DNA of 64,000 bases from a virus (taxonomy: Duplodnaviria > Caudoviricetes), in IMG/VR virus record IMGVR_UViG_3300033069_000746, positions 2,681 through 66,680 of that record, one strand, 5' to 3'. Every line of letters starts with the position of its first letter. Position 1 is the stretch's first letter. The notes beneath the pieces were generated by a model. That model did not search any database. It was not told where the DNA came from and was given only the letters and a program-made list of their open reading frames with translations. The position numbers and the translations under genes were made by a program. Below, one piece after another: positions 28,496 through 38,912 of the stretch.

Positions 28496-28691
28496 GGTCT
28501 ACGCCACAGACCAGCTAGTCGACGAGCTTGTCCGTCGATATGACATGTTTGTCTTCAGTGGTGAACGGTACATGACGACAAAAAAATCCAACTATGAGTT
28601 TTACTGGAAGGGTGCTTTACCCGACCGGTTGCGGCTCGCCGAGACCGCCAAGAACGTCATGATTCAAAGGGCCGTCGAAAATGCTGACTAG
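28464..28691 (+). CDS. Hypothetical protein
   Basis: Resembles 14589..14831. Confidence 0.6.
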   Translation: MSDTSQPRELEVYATDQLVDELVRRYDMFVFSGERYMTTKKSNYEFYWKGALPDRLRLAETAKNVMIQRAVENAD

Positions 28692-28839
28692 AATGGAAGC
28701 TGTAGTCATCTCCCAGAAGTGGGTGAATGAAGACAAGAATCTGATCACCATCGTGCGGCTGAAACGCACCGGTGAAGAGGTCACGGTCAGATTCCCACAC
28801 CGCATGGAAGCAGGCGATAAGTGCTGGGTGATGAACTGA
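28681..28839 (+). CDS. Small ORF (52 aa)
   Basis: Overlaps both neighbours; TGATG coupling at 28837-28841. Confidence 0.5.
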   Translation: MLTRMEAVVISQKWVNEDKNLITIVRLKRTGEEVTVRFPHRMEAGDKCWVMN

Positions 28840-29369
28840 TGGCAAGCCCCGAGTTCAACATCGCTAACCGAACGCTGACCATCCTCAAAACGATGGCTGC
28901 TAACAATACGTTCGTGGCAAGCGAAGGCGAACGAGTCCGACCAGTAAAGCCCGAGGCAATTCGGCTCTGGAAAGTCGTAGACGGCGGTAACCAACTCCGG
29001 GCGTCGAACGGCCTGCAGAACCTGATCCTACCCGGTATTCGTGTCTCGATCCTCCCCGTCGAGTCCACGATCGGTGCCGGGCTGAACTGTGCGGACGACG
29101 AAGTTCATCGTATCGCCATTCAGTTTCTGGACAGCAGCCCGTACCAGACAGACGGGCCGATCCGTACATACACAGACTGGATGGTTGCCACCCGGCTGGC
29201 TTTTACCACAGTGCCGAATCCTTTCTTGCAGGACGCGGACCCCGCAGTGTATGATCCATACGTAGTCCACCCGTTAAAGCGTGTGCCAGCAGAGGCCCAG
29301 AGTCTGATCAGGCATGAACAGCAAGTCGCAATGTTCACATTCCAAGTCATGGTCAGGAACCACAGATGA
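28839..29369 (+). CDS. Probable tail completion/terminator protein
   Basis: Position before tube-like gene; beta-rich C-terminus. Confidence 0.5.
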   Translation: MASPEFNIANRTLTILKTMAANNTFVASEGERVRPVKPEAIRLWKVVDGGNQLRASNGLQNLILPGIRVSILPVESTIGAGLNCADDEVHRIAIQFLDSSPYQTDGPIRTYTDWMVATRLAFTTVPNPFLQDADPAVYDPYVVHPLKRVPAEAQSLIRHEQQVAMFTFQVMVRNHR

Positions 29370-30229
29370 CAATCTCAGTTGCAATCAATGCTCGTATGAT
29401 GCTCGGCGGGTCGAAGTACTGCTTCGCCAAGTTCCTTGATCAGTCCACGTTTGAACGTGTGCAGAACCCAGACGCGATCTGCGGTAATCGGGACCCGCTG
29501 GATAAGCGAACTGCTGCAGGCCGACGTAAGATCCAGTTCACCACGTTCCACGACGTGACCCGTCCGATCCTGGAGTACCTGTTGCCACTGGCCGGTACGA
29601 CACTCGCCACGAACACGTACACAGCCAACCAGACGGTGGCTACGTCCGAGATCATCATCGACAAAGTCGCAGCCGTTCACAAGTACACGAACGCTCGCAT
29701 GGCCCGGATGATCCTCCGCGGCCAAGTCGGTACCCTGCCGATCTCTGCAGAGTGTACGTGGATTGCTGAAGACGAAATTGAAGACAGCGGTACGTCATGG
29801 GTCGATGGGACTGTCGATAACATCTTCCCGTTCCCCGGCACGACATATGAGATTGCTACGACCGCTGTAGATCTCGACAGGTTTGCCTTTGTCATCGACA
29901 ACAAGCTCGTGCAGTCCTGGAACTCCAGCAACACCGTCACCGACGTAGGCCCTGGTCCGCGTCAGACACTGCTCGCCGTGTCGTCCCCGTACATCAGTGG
30001 GACAAAGGACTACTTCTGGGACAACCGCGATACGGCAACCGGAGTTCAGCAGGAACTGGTCATCACGAACGGTGGAGACAGTTTCACGATCAACATTCCG
30101 AAGGGCATTCTCAACCCCGAGTCACCGTCGATCGAAGGTGCTCTTGAGGAAGTTCGTCTCCCTATGACATGGGAAGCACATCGTCAGGAAAGCACTGCGG
30201 CGTTCAACATCGTGAAGGTCAGCGGATGA
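29366..30229 (+). CDS. Tail tube-like protein
   Basis: 287 aa, T/S-rich beta, biased codons, F.IDNKL and ITNGG.SFTINIP motifs. Confidence 0.7.
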   Translation: MTISVAINARMMLGGSKYCFAKFLDQSTFERVQNPDAICGNRDPLDKRTAAGRRKIQFTTFHDVTRPILEYLLPLAGTTLATNTYTANQTVATSEIIIDKVAAVHKYTNARMARMILRGQVGTLPISAECTWIAEDEIEDSGTSWVDGTVDNIFPFPGTTYEIATTAVDLDRFAFVIDNKLVQSWNSSNTVTDVGPGPRQTLLAVSSPYISGTKDYFWDNRDTATGVQQELVITNGGDSFTINIPKGILNPESPSIEGALEEVRLPMTWEAHRQESTAAFNIVKVSG

Positions 30230-30969
30230 TACCAGAGCATCTCGACGATGGGTTCACAACTGAGGTCACGGACGGGCTTTACGCTCGTCCCATGCTCTGG
30301 CGTGACAAGCAGATGTGGAAGACGTACAACCTCGACGAGCAGGTGTCGTACATCAGAGAACATCTGGTCGAGGGCGATGACGGGCTGTTCGAACAGCACA
30401 AGTCCGAAGCTATTCAAGTTGTGCTGGGCTACACGTCCAAACTAGAAGAACAGGACTTCCAGGATCTACACGACTCTGTGTACCTACACGTCGTGTTGAA
30501 CCCGGGGCTGAGTGAACTGCCGTGCTCGACATGCCGTCAATGGTGTGTCGATCATGAGAGGGGTACGATCTACATCGGGCCGAGCGGGCAACCCACGCCT
30601 CTACCTCGTGGGACACGGCTCCCTTGCGAGACGCAGTCAGGCTGCGTCAAGCGTCACTGGGCCGACCCGCTCGGCCTGTCTGAAGACAGGTGGGCCAGAT
30701 GCTGGAGGCACTACTGGACGTACCGTGACAACCCGGGTACGATGTCGTTTGACCCTATCTTCCTGAGAAACAAAAAGCTGTTGGATTGGATTGTCGACTA
30801 TGGACGAGATCGCCGATTTGATCCGTTTGCTGGCGGAAGCTCCGGCCGAAGAACCACCAATGACCCGGCCACGGGAACTGCTCGACCGGATAGCGATCGA
30901 GCGTGTTGCACAGGAGGGGGTTGTTCCAGCGGGGCCTGCAGTCCCGGATGCCCGTCCAGCCCAGCGTGA
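30226..30969 (+). CDS. Tail assembly chaperone-like protein with CxxC
   Basis: Directly after tube-like gene. Confidence 0.5.
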   Translation: MIPEHLDDGFTTEVTDGLYARPMLWRDKQMWKTYNLDEQVSYIREHLVEGDDGLFEQHKSEAIQVVLGYTSKLEEQDFQDLHDSVYLHVVLNPGLSELPCSTCRQWCVDHERGTIYIGPSGQPTPLPRGTRLPCETQSGCVKRHWADPLGLSEDRWARCWRHYWTYRDNPGTMSFDPIFLRNKKLLDWIVDYGRDRRFDPFAGGSSGRRTTNDPATGTARPDSDRACCTGGGCSSGACSPGCPSSPA

Positions 30970-31738
30970 CACAGCGAGTGGTACTCCGTCTCAGTGGAAG
31001 TTCAAGCCGGTAGATACCGGAGCGTCAGCCAGTCCATTGCCTACAGACGCAGTAGTCGGTGCCTCGGCTAATCCCCGCACAGGCATACCCACGGTTGGTA
31101 TGCCGGTCAACATCACAACGCCCGGCCACGACACCAGTGCCGCCGCTTCGCCTGTAGCACCGGCCAAAGAGTTTGGCAAGCCAGCCGAGGTCGCACCATC
31201 AGAAGCCACAGAAGGGCCTCCCGCAGCCGTCCGCCCCGGCGAGACTGTAGTTCAACGACCAGCGGCACCGAGGCCAGTAGAGCCGCAGCAGGGAGTCCCA
31301 GCAGGGCTCAGACCTGCCGAGCGTCAGCCCGGCCGAGAAGCCGTACCATCCTCAACGCAACCATTCGCTGTCGGTGACGCCAAGGTCATGGCACCTGAAA
31401 CTTTCATGGCCCGGGTAGCCACGCCGAGAATGCTCGACACTATCGCAGGACTGCCAGCGAGCGTACGAAACAAAGACACTGTCGTGGCTGTGGCCAGCCC
31501 ATCTCCCCGGTCGAACGTGACGATCACAGTACCGCCAGCTTTTCAAGAGTCGTACAGAGATCTATTCACAGCGGTCGACGAGCAGTTAGAATTACCACCT
31601 CGAAAGCGGAGAGTACCCACACGGGAAATCAAAGCTGACCTTGCGGACCTGCAACTGGAATCGTCGGAGGCGTTTGTCGCCCGGTCGTACCAGCAGTTCG
31701 AAGGAAACTCGTCAGACCTCGATAGGTGGTCATTATGA
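30800..31738 (+). CDS. P/A-rich low-complexity protein at the tape-measure position
   Basis: Overlaps the previous gene by 170 nt. Confidence 0.65.
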   Translation: MDEIADLIRLLAEAPAEEPPMTRPRELLDRIAIERVAQEGVVPAGPAVPDARPAQRDTASGTPSQWKFKPVDTGASASPLPTDAVVGASANPRTGIPTVGMPVNITTPGHDTSAAASPVAPAKEFGKPAEVAPSEATEGPPAAVRPGETVVQRPAAPRPVEPQQGVPAGLRPAERQPGREAVPSSTQPFAVGDAKVMAPETFMARVATPRMLDTIAGLPASVRNKDTVVAVASPSPRSNVTITVPPAFQESYRDLFTAVDEQLELPPRKRRVPTREIKADLADLQLESSEAFVARSYQQFEGNSSDLDRWSL

Positions 31739-32499
31739 TATTCAAGTACGGCAGCTACTCTCACGACCAGGACGAGGTGATGGTACGCACCTCAGTCCAG
31801 GGGATCTTCGACAAGTTCAACCGTCGCATGGGCGACATGATTGAGTACACGATCATCGGCGTGAAGATAGTCCCGTTCGATACCGACGATGAGACGACCA
31901 AGGCCAACCTGACCACGGCTTTGCAGGCACTGACCGATGCGTACAACGTGGACTACCAGGACTTCGGCCTGTACCACGATGACGGTACGACACCTACCCG
32001 GCACATCGTCACCAACGCAGAGACATTCGGCGGCACCAAGGTAGAAGTCCCGCCGTCATTCATGAACGGGCCTTGGACTGGCCGAGTCGAGTACGTCGAC
32101 CGACGAACGTACTACATCGTACTTCGAGCGGAGATTCGTGTAGGCGACGGGCTGTACGACTGGAGTGAGCGGGTAACGATCCGTGGTACCGGTGGTCCGA
32201 AGTGGCGATACAGCCCACGCGAAGTCGGGACCCCCGAACTGCAAATTCTTCAGACAGCTACGAGCTTCTGGTACGTGCAGGAAGGTGAGAACATTGGACG
32301 ACAGGACTGGTACCCACCAGCGGAGCCATTGTTCCCGGGTATTGAGCACGGCGAGATGCGAGTCCGTACGTTCGAGACAGCACGAGACAAAGTCGTGGGC
32401 GGCAACGAGATGTTTGCTACGTCGTGGAAGTACTTCATGGAGGCAACAACTGACTTTGGATTTTCAGCCTTCGATCTACCTAGTGTATCGGAGTTCTGA
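31735..32499 (+). CDS. Tail/baseplate protein
   Basis: Position and composition. Confidence 0.6.
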   Translation: MIFKYGSYSHDQDEVMVRTSVQGIFDKFNRRMGDMIEYTIIGVKIVPFDTDDETTKANLTTALQALTDAYNVDYQDFGLYHDDGTTPTRHIVTNAETFGGTKVEVPPSFMNGPWTGRVEYVDRRTYYIVLRAEIRVGDGLYDWSERVTIRGTGGPKWRYSPREVGTPELQILQTATSFWYVQEGENIGRQDWYPPAEPLFPGIEHGEMRVRTFETARDKVVGGNEMFATSWKYFMEATTDFGFSAFDLPSVSEF

Positions 32500-32501
32500 C
32501 A

Positions 32502-34154
32502 ATGACCTGGTCGTTCAGCAGCATATCCAGCCCGGTCGAACTGACATACACGCAGAGCGTGGGTTGGACTCCGGACGTAGCGATGCTGCGGTTCAATCCC
32601 CAGTCTGCAAGCATCGCTACGTCAGGCACGATCACAATGTATTGGGACGGTGTGACCATCACGCTTCCCAACTGCGTTGTTGACCTCGGTACGCTACGTC
32701 TAACGGACGACGGGCGGTACATGCTCCTGAAGGTGTTCGACCGCCGCAAGTTGTGGGAGTACGCACCTGGTATCAGCGGTGAGTACAATGTGATCCGCAC
32801 GAACGAGTATGTCACCGCCAAGCAGAAGAACCTTCGCCAGCTTGCGACGATCCTGCTGGACGCCCTTGGCGAGACTTCGGCTGATGTGTCCGTGCTGCCG
32901 ACAGACATCTACCCGCCCGTATCATGGGAGTGCGAGGACGTAGTCAAGGCAGCAGAAGTGCTTCTCTCAGAACATGGGTTCTCGATCGCTCTCGGGTATG
33001 GTACCGAGGCTGTCACGATTGTCCGGCTCGGCTCCGGAGCGACCCTTTCTACAACAGACCGCTTCGTGGGGTCTGACACGTACGACGTGAATCTCGTACC
33101 ACGGTACGTCCGGAATTGCTTCGCACCATCAGTAGCACAGGTGCGGCTCAAGCTCGAAGCGATCGGGCTGGATACGGACGGGACGTGGCAGCCGATAGAC
33201 GACCTGTCGTTCGCACCGGTCGGTGGTTGGGGCAAGGTGCCTCCGCACACGCTCAACGGAGCGATCGTCGCCTTGACTGACCCGCAGAGGCTCGCGGCCC
33301 AGGCGTACGTCTTCCGGGCGTACCGCGTTAAGGGTTTTGCGGACGGTACGTGGGACATACCGGATGGGTCCGGTACGCTCAACGACCTGACGGACATTTT
33401 GCCGATCAGTAACAGACTGCTGCAGACAGAAGATGTTCGTCCGGATATGTCGTACTCCCCGGCAGTTGTGTACGGGAAATACCTGCGTGAATCGGACGAA
33501 CTCGCAAACCCGGTTATCCCGGGAAGTGAAACGACAGTTATCGCGGACCAAGTGTCCGGCCGAGGGATAGAGTTCTACGGTGATGTTGGCATGATCGTGT
33601 TCCACCAGCCGATCTACTACATAGACACGGACGAGTTCAAACCGGCCGATCTCTGGCTAGAGGCGGTCATTCGTATTCGTGACACAACCACCTTCGCATG
33701 GCGTCACTACGAGTACGACGTAGAGGTTGACGCGACAGGGTACGGCTACCACACCGTGAAGCATGATCTGCGAGCAGAGACGGTTGTCGAATACAACACA
33801 TCCCACGTCGTGACTGGCTTTACCACAAACGAGACAAGTATCGAAGCTGTCGGTGACGCTATGGCCGTAGCAGTTGCTGGCACGTACACTGCGACTGCGG
33901 GACAGTTCGTCGCGTACAACAAGCCGAAGTTGAATCTCAGATGCGACGGTGCTATCCTGCAGGTACAGCACGTCCTGACCTGCGGCGAGCACGGTCACGC
34001 GGTGAATCGTACTCAGGCCAGCAGCAACTTCGAGTTTGACAAGGGTCTGCCGAAGAGGGCACAACGTGTAGCACACCTCCGGGCCTTGCAGGCCGGGGTT
34101 GAACTGCGGCACATGAGTACGGCGACGAGGAGGAGACAGGACCTTGACGACTGA
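32502..34154 (+). CDS. Tail hub/baseplate protein
   Basis: 550 aa; YNV...KNLRQLA..LLDALGE hub-like segment. Confidence 0.6.
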   Translation: MTWSFSSISSPVELTYTQSVGWTPDVAMLRFNPQSASIATSGTITMYWDGVTITLPNCVVDLGTLRLTDDGRYMLLKVFDRRKLWEYAPGISGEYNVIRTNEYVTAKQKNLRQLATILLDALGETSADVSVLPTDIYPPVSWECEDVVKAAEVLLSEHGFSIALGYGTEAVTIVRLGSGATLSTTDRFVGSDTYDVNLVPRYVRNCFAPSVAQVRLKLEAIGLDTDGTWQPIDDLSFAPVGGWGKVPPHTLNGAIVALTDPQRLAAQAYVFRAYRVKGFADGTWDIPDGSGTLNDLTDILPISNRLLQTEDVRPDMSYSPAVVYGKYLRESDELANPVIPGSETTVIADQVSGRGIEFYGDVGMIVFHQPIYYIDTDEFKPADLWLEAVIRIRDTTTFAWRHYEYDVEVDATGYGYHTVKHDLRAETVVEYNTSHVVTGFTTNETSIEAVGDAMAVAVAGTYTATAGQFVAYNKPKLNLRCDGAILQVQHVLTCGEHGHAVNRTQASSNFEFDKGLPKRAQRVAHLRALQAGVELRHMSTATRRRQDLDD

Positions 34155-34866
34155 CAAATACGGGAGGGGTAATCGCCAACAGCTTGATCTGTCTGCGGCT
34201 ATCCCGTGGGAAAACACCTCAGACGAAACAGTACCGGCCTACGGTGTAGTGCAACTTCGTGACGACTTCGACACGGTCAGTAAAGCCAGCAAACCAAACG
34301 CGGGTGAGGGACTATTCTTTGTCAACGGCCCTGTCACTGTTGCCGCGTCGGCATTCGGCGAGTCTCTACTGTGGAACCGGCCGCGTAAGGTCCTGATCGA
34401 CGGGAGTGTAACAGTCGGTGACATGGTGGGTCCTGTGGACGGTCAATGGTACATGTCAGCAGGTGGCACCGGCTGGAGGGTTCTCCACCAACCTGCCGAC
34501 GGTGTGGCCGTCGTCGTGAAAGACGGTGGCGGGGGCTCTGGCACTAAAATCATATCGTTCGCGATTGTCTCATCCGACCCAACAACACGGTCGGCTCAAG
34601 TTGAGATACGTCAGAGGTCGTTCGACGGAACGGTGTACGGGTCTACTCTCAACGACGAGGTTGTCGAGGTGTTCGACACGGACGGCTGCTATCTTAACGA
34701 GCCCAACGTCGAACTCACCGGCCGGGCCGGGAAAGCGGTACTCATGAAGGTGGACGACGAAGCGGCCGAAACGCATTTTGCCGATGAGTACGATCCGCCA
34801 GTGTGGTACTGGAACGTCCTGACGGTCTGTTGCCCAAGCACGATATGTGAGACCGACAATGGGTAA
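34144..34866 (+). CDS. Tail tip protein
   Basis: ENTSDETVPAYGVV motif; position. Confidence 0.6.
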   Translation: MTTDKYGRGNRQQLDLSAAIPWENTSDETVPAYGVVQLRDDFDTVSKASKPNAGEGLFFVNGPVTVAASAFGESLLWNRPRKVLIDGSVTVGDMVGPVDGQWYMSAGGTGWRVLHQPADGVAVVVKDGGGGSGTKIISFAIVSSDPTTRSAQVEIRQRSFDGTVYGSTLNDEVVEVFDTDGCYLNEPNVELTGRAGKAVLMKVDDEAAETHFADEYDPPVWYWNVLTVCCPSTICETDNG

Positions 34867-36745
34867 AGCCAAAGGGGTTGGTGGGGCAGGTTGCTGCTGC
34901 GGCGGGTGCTGGGCGCCACCTACAGACGCTCGTGCAGCAAGTACGGCTGACGTGATTCAAGTCCAACAATACTGCTGTCGTTGCATTCCGAAGTACCTGT
35001 GCGTAACACTGTCTGCTACCGGGTCGTACGATTCGAGCAGCGTATTGCTAAGTCGTTTCTGCGGCAGCGCGATTCCCGGTGAGTCACCATACATAGGTGA
35101 CGCGATCCAATTCCGGGGGACGGTCTACTGGGACAACGAGGCAGTCGCGATCAATGTCCGACTTGCTGTGGTTTACGAACAGTGTTTCATCTTCTGGGAG
35201 ATTCCAGAGAAGGACGAATCCGGCTATCGACCGATCGATCCGAACGAGGCGTCATCCAGCTACGAATGCGGGGCTGGTCAGAGGACTGAAGCGTGTAAGA
35301 ACTTCGGAGGAACTTGGGAGCTTGATGGGCGGACACTAACGATCGCCCCGCCACAGATGCTGGACATATCCGGCAACATCAAGTGTGGTGGCTGCAAGTG
35401 CATGTGCAAATGCCTGTGTGTGTCCATCTACAGCCGATCATCGACAGGGGACTTCACACTCACAGGGTCCAACGAGATTGTTTGTGCAGAACTGTCTGAT
35501 ACAGAGTTCCTGAATTGCGACGAGTCAGCCACCGAAGCAATCCGGTCTGCGTCTTGGGAGTACGACGGTTGGACAGTACAACTCGCGGGCGGTGATGGCG
35601 GGCCGTTTTCCAATCGTACGGTCAATGCTGGAAACGAACGGACGCTGACGTGCGACTTGGAAAAGATGCTCCGGTTCGGCGATGGTGACGAACACATTAT
35701 CGACTCCGGCAGCGGTTGCGGCGGAACCTCAACTTGGCAGGTTCAGGAAGTCGAAGCCGCTCTCGCCTGGGTCATGATCAGCGACGATTGCAGCGGTGAA
35801 GGCGTACCAGTCATGCCAGCATCAGAGCCGACGGAGGCCGGTGTCGAAGAGACAACGGACTGCGACTGTTCCGGGGCTTCAGATGGCATTGATGTTCAAT
35901 ACGAATCTGATGTGTCATCACTCGGTGTTCCATTGTCGTTTCAGTGGGTTGGACGTTCAACCGGGGTTGACTCACAGATCGAGTTCAAGTTGTGGAACTG
36001 GTCAACGTCCGACTGGGAAACAATCGGATTCGTTGACGGGAGACCATCAGACTCCGGAGTGAATCGTCAGTACGGACGAGACATTGAGGCAAAGTTTATC
36101 GGCACGGGGGCGGACCTGAATAAGGTGAAGATTCGCCTTGTCGTGTTGTATGGCGAAACGCTCTACACCGATCTGCTGCGTCTACGCACTACGCGATGTT
36201 GCCGCCTGAAACTGCTGCCGAAAGCTGGCATCGTTCCGGCTTCGACGCTTTCCGAGTTCGACATGAGCGTGGAGGGTAACTGCCCTTCCGTGTTTCAGTT
36301 CTGGAACTTCTTTGACCAAGACGACACTGAGTGGTTCGTATCGATCGACTGTTCGTGGTGCGGAGGAACATGCGGCGGTTCGGCAGTGACGGGGTGCTGC
36401 CCCCGCCCACTATCCAGAACACTTTTCGCCGAAGTGGAGATTGACTGCCCGACCTGTCCGAACCCTTTTTTGGTTGTCCTCACGAACACGACAACGGGGG
36501 TGTGGGATGGTGAGGGCGTTCACTGCGATCAGCCATTTGAAATGACACTCGGGTGTTCTGGTCCAGGTGCGTGGTCTTTATCTGCATCCGGTGCTGGCGG
36601 CTGTAGCTTCGCCGGTAGTTTGGTTTCAGCCGATTGTGAACCGCTCAACATAATCTTCGAGGGCGACTTCCAGGGCGGTATCGGCTGCTGCGGAGTCGGC
36701 TCAATGACAACCTCGACATCAATGCGAATCACGATTTTCGAGTAG
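34859..36745 (+). CDS. Cysteine-rich tail-associated protein
   Basis: CCCGGC, CCRC, CGGCKCMCKCLC, CCPRPL, GCC clusters. Confidence 0.7.
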   Translation: MGKAKGVGGAGCCCGGCWAPPTDARAASTADVIQVQQYCCRCIPKYLCVTLSATGSYDSSSVLLSRFCGSAIPGESPYIGDAIQFRGTVYWDNEAVAINVRLAVVYEQCFIFWEIPEKDESGYRPIDPNEASSSYECGAGQRTEACKNFGGTWELDGRTLTIAPPQMLDISGNIKCGGCKCMCKCLCVSIYSRSSTGDFTLTGSNEIVCAELSDTEFLNCDESATEAIRSASWEYDGWTVQLAGGDGGPFSNRTVNAGNERTLTCDLEKMLRFGDGDEHIIDSGSGCGGTSTWQVQEVEAALAWVMISDDCSGEGVPVMPASEPTEAGVEETTDCDCSGASDGIDVQYESDVSSLGVPLSFQWVGRSTGVDSQIEFKLWNWSTSDWETIGFVDGRPSDSGVNRQYGRDIEAKFIGTGADLNKVKIRLVVLYGETLYTDLLRLRTTRCCRLKLLPKAGIVPASTLSEFDMSVEGNCPSVFQFWNFFDQDDTEWFVSIDCSWCGGTCGGSAVTGCCPRPLSRTLFAEVEIDCPTCPNPFLVVLTNTTTGVWDGEGVHCDQPFEMTLGCSGPGAWSLSASGAGGCSFAGSLVSADCEPLNIIFEGDFQGGIGCCGVGSMTTSTSMRITIFE

Positions 36746-36748
36746 TAT

Positions 36749-38623
36749 ATGAATCCACATTGTGAATGTCCGATCGCTGGGTACTGCAAACGGCACCAGA
36801 TGCTGAAAGGCGTCGAACGGCACAAGCGGTGCCGTGGTGAGACTGACAAAGGCCTGGCGTATTGGAACGCATGGGAGCAGGGGCGGTTGGGTGCTACGGC
36901 ACCGCCAGAGCCGAAACTGAATCCACCAGAGTTCAGTGAACGGCCGAGAGCCAAGATTGCTGTGTCTCAGATTGGCACAAAGCTGTCCGAGATCATCAAG
37001 CGTGAGGTAGGAATTGAAGTACCATGCGAGACGTGCCGTGAGATGATCGCCTCGCTTGACGAGATGACCGTCGAGCAGGCACAGACAGCAAAGGCATCGA
37101 TCGTCAGCAATATCGTAGAGCGAGCCCCCGAGCAAGCACAGACGATTTGGCAGCGGCTACAGATCGCGGCTGACGCGGTTCTCCACACAGGGATTCTTCG
37201 ATCCAAAGTCGAGGCGTGGTTCGACGAGGCGGTTGCCACGGGTGCGGAACCGCCACCAAAAAAAGCGTTGTCCGCATACCGCAGCGGACGTGTGGCAGTT
37301 GCGGCTAGTCGTCCATTCATTCCAAGGGACAAGCCAACAAGTGAGCAGAACAAACTGTTCGCGGAGTCACAGAGACGAAAGCCCGAGCCGAACCCGTTCG
37401 CGTCCCGACCAGTGACTAATCTTGTCTACCACATCTGGCCTGTCGGGGGCACTTGGCATTGGCATGTCGAGCGACTGAGAGACCTGATCCCGCTCTGCGA
37501 CGGCAAGGTCATCATCGGAATTGCTACCGACAATACGACCGGCGATCCTGAGGTTGTCATGGACGCAATCGGCTGCGGTCCTGACTACTTCGTCCACCAG
37601 AACATTCCCGGCACTGGCGACATCAGCGTCGTTGGCAAGCCGTTTGGGGAGGTGTCAACAGCAGAGTATGCCTTTCCGAAACTCCGGGACACTGGCGACT
37701 CAATCACTCTGTATGCTCACGCAAAAGGCATTCGCTCACATACTCGGTCCAGTCTGGCAGTGCGACTCTGGACCGAGATGATGTACGAGACAGTCACGTT
37801 CAACCACACGGAAACAGTTCGCAGGATGGAAGAAGGCTACGACATTGTCGGTAGTTTTCGGACGTTTGGCTTCAGACCCCTCGTTCCACGTCATCAATGG
37901 CACTACTCGGGCACATTCTGGAATGTCCGAACACAGTCGCTTTTCAACCCGGACGGTAGTCTGAAGCCGTTCCAGCAGCGATACGGGGGTACCGAGGCTT
38001 GGCCCGGCGATCACATACCTGCGTGGAAATCCTACTGCGTGTTCGAGGATAACGCACCTTGGTTACGCCAGTACGACGACAAGATGATGCTGAACTTAAT
38101 ACCGAAGCACCTGTTGTGGCAATCGTCACAGTGGGAAGACGTTCAGATGGAGCAGCATCATCGTGAGTTCCAGTGGCTGCTGGACCAGCTTAGCGGGGTT
38201 GAGTCATTGCTCGTCATCGGCTCCCGGCACGGAGGTCTTGAGCACCACGTTCGGAAGCAATACCCAGCTATGCGGATTGTCTCGGTAGATATTGATCCAC
38301 TTCCGACGAATCGCCAGGAATGCTTGATCCGCGGGTCGTCACATGACGTTGCGGTGCAGGAGACGATCAAACGGACAGGCTCGTTCGACGCGGTCTTCAT
38401 CGACGGTGATCACACGTATGAAGGAGCCCGTAGAGACTGGGAGTTCTCCCTAACGCTTGGCCCGAAAAGGGTGTTTTTCCATGACTTCACGGACGCTCCG
38501 TATCACCAGTTGTGCGGGTGCGAGGTAGACAAACTATGGCAGGAAATTTTAGAACAGGGTTACGACACCTCTTCGATATCCGCTGGCTGCGGCTGGGGTG
38601 GCATCTCTCAAGTGATGCTGTAG
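36749..38623 (+). CDS. Multidomain protein: Cys/His N-terminus, glycosyltransferase-like middle, class I SAM methyltransferase (Methyltransf_24-like) C-terminus
   Basis: LLVIGSRHGG, VSVDIDP, FDAVFIDGDHTYEGARRDW, VFFHD; YAHAKG and HYSGTFW in middle domain. Confidence 0.7.
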   Translation: MNPHCECPIAGYCKRHQMLKGVERHKRCRGETDKGLAYWNAWEQGRLGATAPPEPKLNPPEFSERPRAKIAVSQIGTKLSEIIKREVGIEVPCETCREMIASLDEMTVEQAQTAKASIVSNIVERAPEQAQTIWQRLQIAADAVLHTGILRSKVEAWFDEAVATGAEPPPKKALSAYRSGRVAVAASRPFIPRDKPTSEQNKLFAESQRRKPEPNPFASRPVTNLVYHIWPVGGTWHWHVERLRDLIPLCDGKVIIGIATDNTTGDPEVVMDAIGCGPDYFVHQNIPGTGDISVVGKPFGEVSTAEYAFPKLRDTGDSITLYAHAKGIRSHTRSSLAVRLWTEMMYETVTFNHTETVRRMEEGYDIVGSFRTFGFRPLVPRHQWHYSGTFWNVRTQSLFNPDGSLKPFQQRYGGTEAWPGDHIPAWKSYCVFEDNAPWLRQYDDKMMLNLIPKHLLWQSSQWEDVQMEQHHREFQWLLDQLSGVESLLVIGSRHGGLEHHVRKQYPAMRIVSVDIDPLPTNRQECLIRGSSHDVAVQETIKRTGSFDAVFIDGDHTYEGARRDWEFSLTLGPKRVFFHDFTDAPYHQLCGCEVDKLWQEILEQGYDTSSISAGCGWGGISQVML

Positions 38624-38813
38624 CCACGTCTGTGTCGCTGCGTTAGCCGTTACCATCTCACACCTCGCACTGTCTGTTAAAACGGACCCCGTGTGGGAGA
38701 TGCGACGGCAACACGAGGAGGAGTTGAGACGCCTTGGAGAAGCCACGTTTGGAAGCATAGTTACGGCCGACCCCTGATGGATAAATAATCAGGGCTGCAA
38801 CGCAGCTTTGGGA

Positions 38814-38840
38814 GAGCCCGGCCTTTACTGGCCGGGCTCG
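38814..38840. other. GC-rich hairpin
   Basis: GAGCCCGGCC-tttact-GGCCGGGCTC. Confidence 0.6.
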
Positions 38841-38852
38841 CTGCGTTTGTAC

Positions 38853-38881
38853 TGGACAGGGTTTGTCAAGGCTGGTATCCT
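38853..38881 (+). promoter_or_regulatory. Sigma70-like promoter with extended -10
   Basis: TGGACA-N17-TATCCT preceded by TGn. Confidence 0.45.
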
Positions 38882-38912
38882 GTAAAGCTCGAATTTCCTA
38901 CAGGAGAGAACC

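Noticed and set aside
38549-38758. Minus-strand ORF in the gap between tail and internal-protein operons
   Set aside because: No RBS, overlaps the methyltransferase gene, and the composition is not protein-like.
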